DNA of 10,524 nucleotides from a virus: UHGV virus genome UHGV-0053376; one strand, 5' to 3'. Shown piece by piece: positions 7,144 to 10,524 of this stretch (position 1 is its first letter; each line of letters starts with the position of its first letter). The notes under the pieces were generated by a model. It saw only the letters and a program-made list of their open reading frames with translations, ran no database searches and was not told where the DNA came from. The position numbers and the translations under genes were made by a program.

Positions 7144-8202
7144 TCATCCGTTCTGACTGACTAAATTCTGAACTTCCCTGACCGTCTGCTCAAAACGCTC
7201 AGTCTCCAGCTCAACGCCAGTTGCACGACGTCCCAGCGCTATCGCTGCTTTGACTGTCGAACCTGACCCCATGAAGAAATCTGCAACCAGGTCACCCGGA
7301 CGACTGCTCGCGCTGATTATCTGCTGCAGCATTTCTGCCGGTTTTTCGCACGGATGTTTCCCGGGATAGTACTGCACCGGTTTATGCGTCCACACATCGG
7401 TGTACGGCACCTGCACCGTCACACCAAAATACCGCCGCAGATGCTTATATTCACTCTGCAGTTCCGTATACTGCCGGTTCAGTTCACTGTATGTGCTGAC
7501 CAGTTGGTGATGTGGCTTTTCCAGTTCTCCGCGCTGATGCTTATCTTCTGCCACCCGGGCAAACAGCGACTGTAATTTCAGATAATCGCTTTCGTTCGGT
7601 AGCTGCCACTGACTGGCACTGAACCAGTGCGACACCATGTTTTTCTTTCCTGTGGCATCTGCAATCTGTTTTGCCGTTATCCCCAGGGCCGCGCGCGCAT
7701 CACGAAAGTAAGAAATCAGCGGGGCCATCACATGCTGTTTCAGTGCACTGCCCTTCGCCGCATACCCGGCATCTTTCGGACGATACGGCCCCTGATAATG
7801 TTCCGCGAACAGAATGCGCTCTGTGGCGGGGAAATACGCCCGCAGGCTTTCCTTGTTGCATCCGTTCCAGCGTCCGGACGGCTTCGCCCAGATAATATGG
7901 TTCAGCACACTGAAGCGTTCACGCATCATGATTTCGATATCAGATGCCAGGCGATGACCACAGAACAGGTAAAGACTTCCGGCAGGTTTCAGCACCCGCC
8001 AGAACTGCGCCAGACACTGGTCCAGCCACTTCAGGTAATCATCGTCGCCCTTCCACTGGTTATCCCAGCCCTCAGGCTTCACTTTAAAGTACGGCGGATC
8101 CGTGACTATCAGGTCAACAGAATTTTCGGGTAACGACCGGATAAATTCCAGGCAGTCGGCGTTGATTAACTCACAACTGGATATTTTTACAGTATTAAGC
8201 AT
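7144..8202 (-). CDS. Orphan DNA amino-methyltransferase (N6-adenine or N4-cytosine, beta class), 352 aa
   Basis: N-terminal catalytic motif IV DPPY (LIVTDPPYF) and C-terminal AdoMet-binding motif I FxGxG (DFFMGSGSTVKAA). Motif IV before motif I is the beta-class order. No restriction endonuclease gene is adjacent. Confidence 0.85.
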   Translation of the reverse strand: MLNTVKISSCELINADCLEFIRSLPENSVDLIVTDPPYFKVKPEGWDNQWKGDDDYLKWLDQCLAQFWRVLKPAGSLYLFCGHRLASDIEIMMRERFSVLNHIIWAKPSGRWNGCNKESLRAYFPATERILFAEHYQGPYRPKDAGYAAKGSALKQHVMAPLISYFRDARAALGITAKQIADATGKKNMVSHWFSASQWQLPNESDYLKLQSLFARVAEDKHQRGELEKPHHQLVSTYSELNRQYTELQSEYKHLRRYFGVTVQVPYTDVWTHKPVQYYPGKHPCEKPAEMLQQIISASSRPGDLVADFFMGSGSTVKAAIALGRRATGVELETERFEQTVREVQNLVSQNG

Positions 8203-8296
8203 GGATCATTAAGCCTGTCTCTGATAGGCTCATTCTGCTTTTGCGCAAAGCAGTGGGCCTGAGGTTTGCTTGTGAACCCAACGCATGAGCAGATGG

Positions 8297-8325
8297 CTGG
8301 TGGGTGCCCCTAACACCCACCAGCC
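8297..8325. repeat. Perfect 11-bp inverted repeat with 7-nt spacer in the methylase leader, carrying Chi (GCTGGTGG) on both strands
   Basis: gctggtgggtg 8297-8307, loop cccctaa, cacccaccagc 8315-8325. No U-tract follows on either strand, so it is not a classical terminator. GCTGGTGG at 8297-8304 and its complement at 8318-8325 are Chi octamers. Confidence 0.6.
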
Positions 8326-8342
8326 GCCCATTTACCACAAAT

Positions 8343-8366
8343 AAAAAAGCCTTCACTGCGGAAGGC
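8343..8366 (-). terminator. Intrinsic terminator overlapping the stop of the small winged-helix ORF
   Basis: Stem gccttc 8349-8354 / gaaggc 8361-8366 with a 6-nt loop. On the minus strand it is followed by U6 (complement of the A-run 8343-8348). Confidence 0.5.
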
Positions 8367-8550
8367 GTCTGTAACAACCGAACTGATAGTCTGCCAGACC
8401 CGCCATAACCAGCTGGGTCAGTATTAACTGGCAGCGTTCGCGTGAAAGGTAAGTATTCTGCGCTATCTCCCCGACTGTCGCCGGTTCGGTAACTCTTAAT
8501 TCATTAAACACTACTCTGGCGGTTTCTGTCATATCCTGCTGTTTTAGCAT
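8353..8550 (-). CDS. Small winged-helix-like DNA-binding protein (about 65 aa), hypothetical regulator
   Basis: Internal ATG at 8550 chosen (AAGGGA upstream). Segment ATVGEIAQNTYLSRERCQLILTQLVMAGLADY fits the helix-turn-helix pattern of ArsR/MarR-type winged helices. Located between the candidate tR' and the methylase gene. Confidence 0.45.
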   Translation of the reverse strand: MLKQQDMTETARVVFNELRVTEPATVGEIAQNTYLSRERCQLILTQLVMAGLADYQFGCYRRLPQ

Positions 8551-8672
8551 GTCTTTTTCCCTTTTCCGGTTAACGTGACACACCAATAACTCTTGTCGAA
8601 AAAGCCAGCAAGCTGAAAGACAGGTATTCACCGCCACCAGCGCGTTTACTGTACTGACGCGATTTCAGTCAT

Positions 8673-8694
8673 AAAAAACCCGCCAGGCGGCGGG
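8673..8694 (-). terminator. Strong intrinsic terminator downstream of the Q-like gene (candidate tR')
   Basis: Minus strand: stem cccgcc (complement of 8689-8694) / ggcggg (complement of 8679-8684) with tetraloop gccu, followed by U6 (complement of A-run 8673-8678). Lies about 65 nt downstream of the candidate pR'. Confidence 0.55.
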
Positions 8695-8743
8695 GTGTAA
8701 AAAATCTTCTAACGTCAGGCATAAAACGCCCATCGTTAGAGCA

Positions 8744-8771
8744 AATTTACCACAGATTCGGGAAAAATCAA
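8744..8771 (-). promoter_or_regulatory. Candidate late promoter pR' (-35 TTGATT, 16-bp spacer, -10 TAAATT)
   Basis: On the minus strand, TTGATT (plus 8766-8771) and TAAATT (plus 8744-8749) are separated by 16 bp, immediately after the Q-like stop. I recall TAAATT as the lambda pR' -10. The call rests on hexamers and position only. Confidence 0.35.
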
Positions 8772-8776
8772 CAACA

Positions 8777-9598
8777 CTATCGCGTTACCCTCTTTAACTG
8801 CCGCTCCGCCCATGCCTCTTCAATGTCAAACCGAACCACCAACGTATCGTAAAAGCGTTTCACTGATTTTTTCCACGTATCAAGCGTGATAGCACTCGTC
8901 ACTTTGCATATGGCATTAAATGCCTCCGTTGATGGCAGCCTTTCACAGCCACGACCACCACAACGCTGGCAGTCTCTGATAACAGGCATACCACGTTTTA
9001 CCGACTCTTCACGATGAATGGCGACACCACGCCCACGGCAATCCTTACAGGCGGTGGAAACCTCACCCTTTCCGCCACACTCCGGACAGGCAACTTTTAC
9101 CACCTCCCTGACTTTTTTCCATTCTTCCCAGTAAGACGGATACACACCTTTCGTACACTTTGCCCATACCGGCGGCTTACCATCCGGATACTGGACCTTG
9201 TTTGTAAAAACTACGCTTTCAATAAATTTTTCCCCATAGCAACAAGGGCACTGCTTTTTACTCGCTGCGCTGCGGGCATAATCCTCAAAAGCGTACGAAG
9301 CCATAATGCGCATCACTACCGGTTTTATTTCTGCCGGGAGTTTTCTTAACGCCGCCACGCGATCACACCGACTGAGTGCATATTCTGTCAGCAATTCTGT
9401 TGCCCGCTCTCTGTCATTCATACTAATGCCCATTTTCCCAAGGAACGCAGAAAACCCCATCTCAGCCCGATTCTGTGTCATGCCCTGCGCGGCCATCACA
9501 TCAGTGATACTCAGCGCATCTTTCGACGTTGAGGCCGATGTATCAGTCAGGCCGGGGGATTTTGGGGAGTAGTATTTCGGTAAATCTTCCAGTTTCAT
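8777..9598 (-). CDS. Putative late-gene antiterminator Q-like protein with DnaJ-type CxxCxGxG zinc-finger repeats, 273 aa
   Basis: Occupies the canonical Q position: after rusA (ATGA start/stop overlap at 9595-9598) and directly before the pR'/tR'-like elements. Cys-rich repeats CPCC, CPECGGKG, CKDCRGRG, CQRCGGRG. The ORF itself is solid; assignment as Q is by position and zinc-finger content, not by recognised sequence identity. Confidence 0.5.
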   Translation of the reverse strand: MKLEDLPKYYSPKSPGLTDTSASTSKDALSITDVMAAQGMTQNRAEMGFSAFLGKMGISMNDRERATELLTEYALSRCDRVAALRKLPAEIKPVVMRIMASYAFEDYARSAASKKQCPCCYGEKFIESVVFTNKVQYPDGKPPVWAKCTKGVYPSYWEEWKKVREVVKVACPECGGKGEVSTACKDCRGRGVAIHREESVKRGMPVIRDCQRCGGRGCERLPSTEAFNAICKVTSAITLDTWKKSVKRFYDTLVVRFDIEEAWAERQLKRVTR

Positions 9599-9969
9599 TT
9601 TTTGACCTGCCCTTCAAGCATTATGGGGTAAATCTTCACCCCCAGACGTCCACCAGATACTGGCTGAGCACGAACGATATTGATTTCATCAAACTGCTCA
9701 TCGTCCATTAGCAACCCCACATGCGTCAGCGCATCCAGCGGCGCTTTCAGAATATTGTCCAGGTCACGGCGGCGCTTATCCGGTGGTTCTGCAATAATTT
9801 TTATTGCCAACCTTCCGGACAGGCTTAATTTCAGCCGCTGCTGGCGAACAATAAGCGCCACTGCCCGGCGATAACGCTCCCCGGCTTTTGATACAAAATA
9901 TGTGCTGCCACGACGACGCCAGTAAGTGTTCACCGTCGGCGGGTAAGGTAAAACCAAATCTATGAGCAT
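9595..9969 (-). CDS. rusA: RusA-family Holliday junction resolvase, 124 aa
   Basis: Homology to E. coli RusA across its length, including the conserved PDKRRRDLDN block (RusA has PDRRRRDLDN). Strong SD AAGAGGTGA upstream of the ATG at 9969. Confidence 0.85.
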   Translation of the reverse strand: MLIDLVLPYPPTVNTYWRRRGSTYFVSKAGERYRRAVALIVRQQRLKLSLSGRLAIKIIAEPPDKRRRDLDNILKAPLDALTHVGLLMDDEQFDEINIVRAQPVSGGRLGVKIYPIMLEGQVKK

Positions 9970-9981
9970 CAGTCACCTCTT

Positions 9982-10524
9982 TTACCCAAGCACGCCAGTT
10001 GCAAAGGCGTGATCAAGAAAACGAAAAATTAAATCAACCTGAGAACCATGCTTTTCTTCGAACGCCAGAGGATCCGCATGAAGCTCGTTGTGATGCTCCC
10101 GACACAGCGGTAGCGTGAAAATATCGTGAGATTTTGTCCCCATTCCGCCCTGACCATGACCAATCAGGTGATGGGGATCGTCGGCTGGCTTACCACAACA
10201 CGCACACGGCTGTGTCTTCACCCAGCGTGTGTATTTCTCGTTAACCCAGCGGCGACGTTTAGGTCGTTTCATGAAAGATTCCGGAGACTCAGGATCAACG
10301 GCAATGCTGACCACCGTCTCTTCCTGTGGCGGGTTTTGCTGGTGGGCGTGAGGCAGCGGCGCAAGATTTTTTGTGCGCTGCTTCAGTATGCTGGTGGCGG
10401 TCTGCTCTCCCGGTACGATGTCGCTTTCACGGTACATTGAGCGGATTTTTTCCGCACGCAACCCCAGCGAACGACGTAATACCGCTTCCGGTAGCGCGTC
10501 CGCCACCTGATTGCGGACCGCCCA
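9982..10524 (-). CDS. DUF968 (YdfU-like) nin-region protein with HNH-like Cys/His motif; 5' end lies outside the window
   Basis: Reading frame is open to the window edge, so the N-terminus is missing. C-terminal region CACCGKPADDPHHLIGHGQGGMGTKSHDIFTLPLCREHHNELH resembles HNH / DUF968 proteins. Lies upstream of rusA, as nin-region genes do. Confidence 0.65.
   Translation of the reverse strand, partial: WAVRNQVADALPEAVLRRSLGLRAEKIRSMYRESDIVPGEQTATSILKQRTKNLAPLPHAHQQNPPQEETVVSIAVDPESPESFMKRPKRRRWVNEKYTRWVKTQPCACCGKPADDPHHLIGHGQGGMGTKSHDIFTLPLCREHHNELHADPLAFEEKHGSQVDLIFRFLDHAFATGVLG

Noticed and set aside
7627-8133. 168-aa and 74-aa plus-strand ORFs inside the methyltransferase gene
   Set aside because: Antisense to a gene with clear DPPY and FxGxG motifs; no start context.
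8195-8377. 60-aa minus-strand ORF overlapping the methylase leader
   Set aside because: Overlaps the perfect palindrome, a terminator and the methylase start; no RBS. The region is better explained as a structured leader.

Overview
This window reads as the late region of a lambdoid prophage (Qin-like / Stx-phage-like mosaic), with essentially all genes on the minus strand, so late transcription runs right to left. In that direction: a DUF968/HNH-like nin-region gene (cut by the window edge), rusA, a Cys-rich putative Q antiterminator, a candidate pR'/tR' pair, a small winged-helix ORF, an orphan DPPY amino-methyltransferase, two phage tRNAs (Ile2-CAU and Arg-UCG), a low-GC lipoprotein whose C-terminus is clearly homologous to TolA domain III, a NanS-p-like sialate O-acetylesterase, two small ORFs, then the lysis cassette (S21-type pinholin, an inserted 169-aa gene, SAR endolysin, Rz with embedded Rz1) and a CspI-like cold-shock gene. 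The most interesting points are the TolA-III lipoprotein sitting where Stx phages carry stxAB, the unknown gene pair inserted between holin and endolysin, and a perfect 11-bp palindrome carrying Chi in both orientations in the methylase leader. Every call is from reading the sequence and recalled family knowledge; no search or folding program was run, so homology and terminator calls need confirmation.
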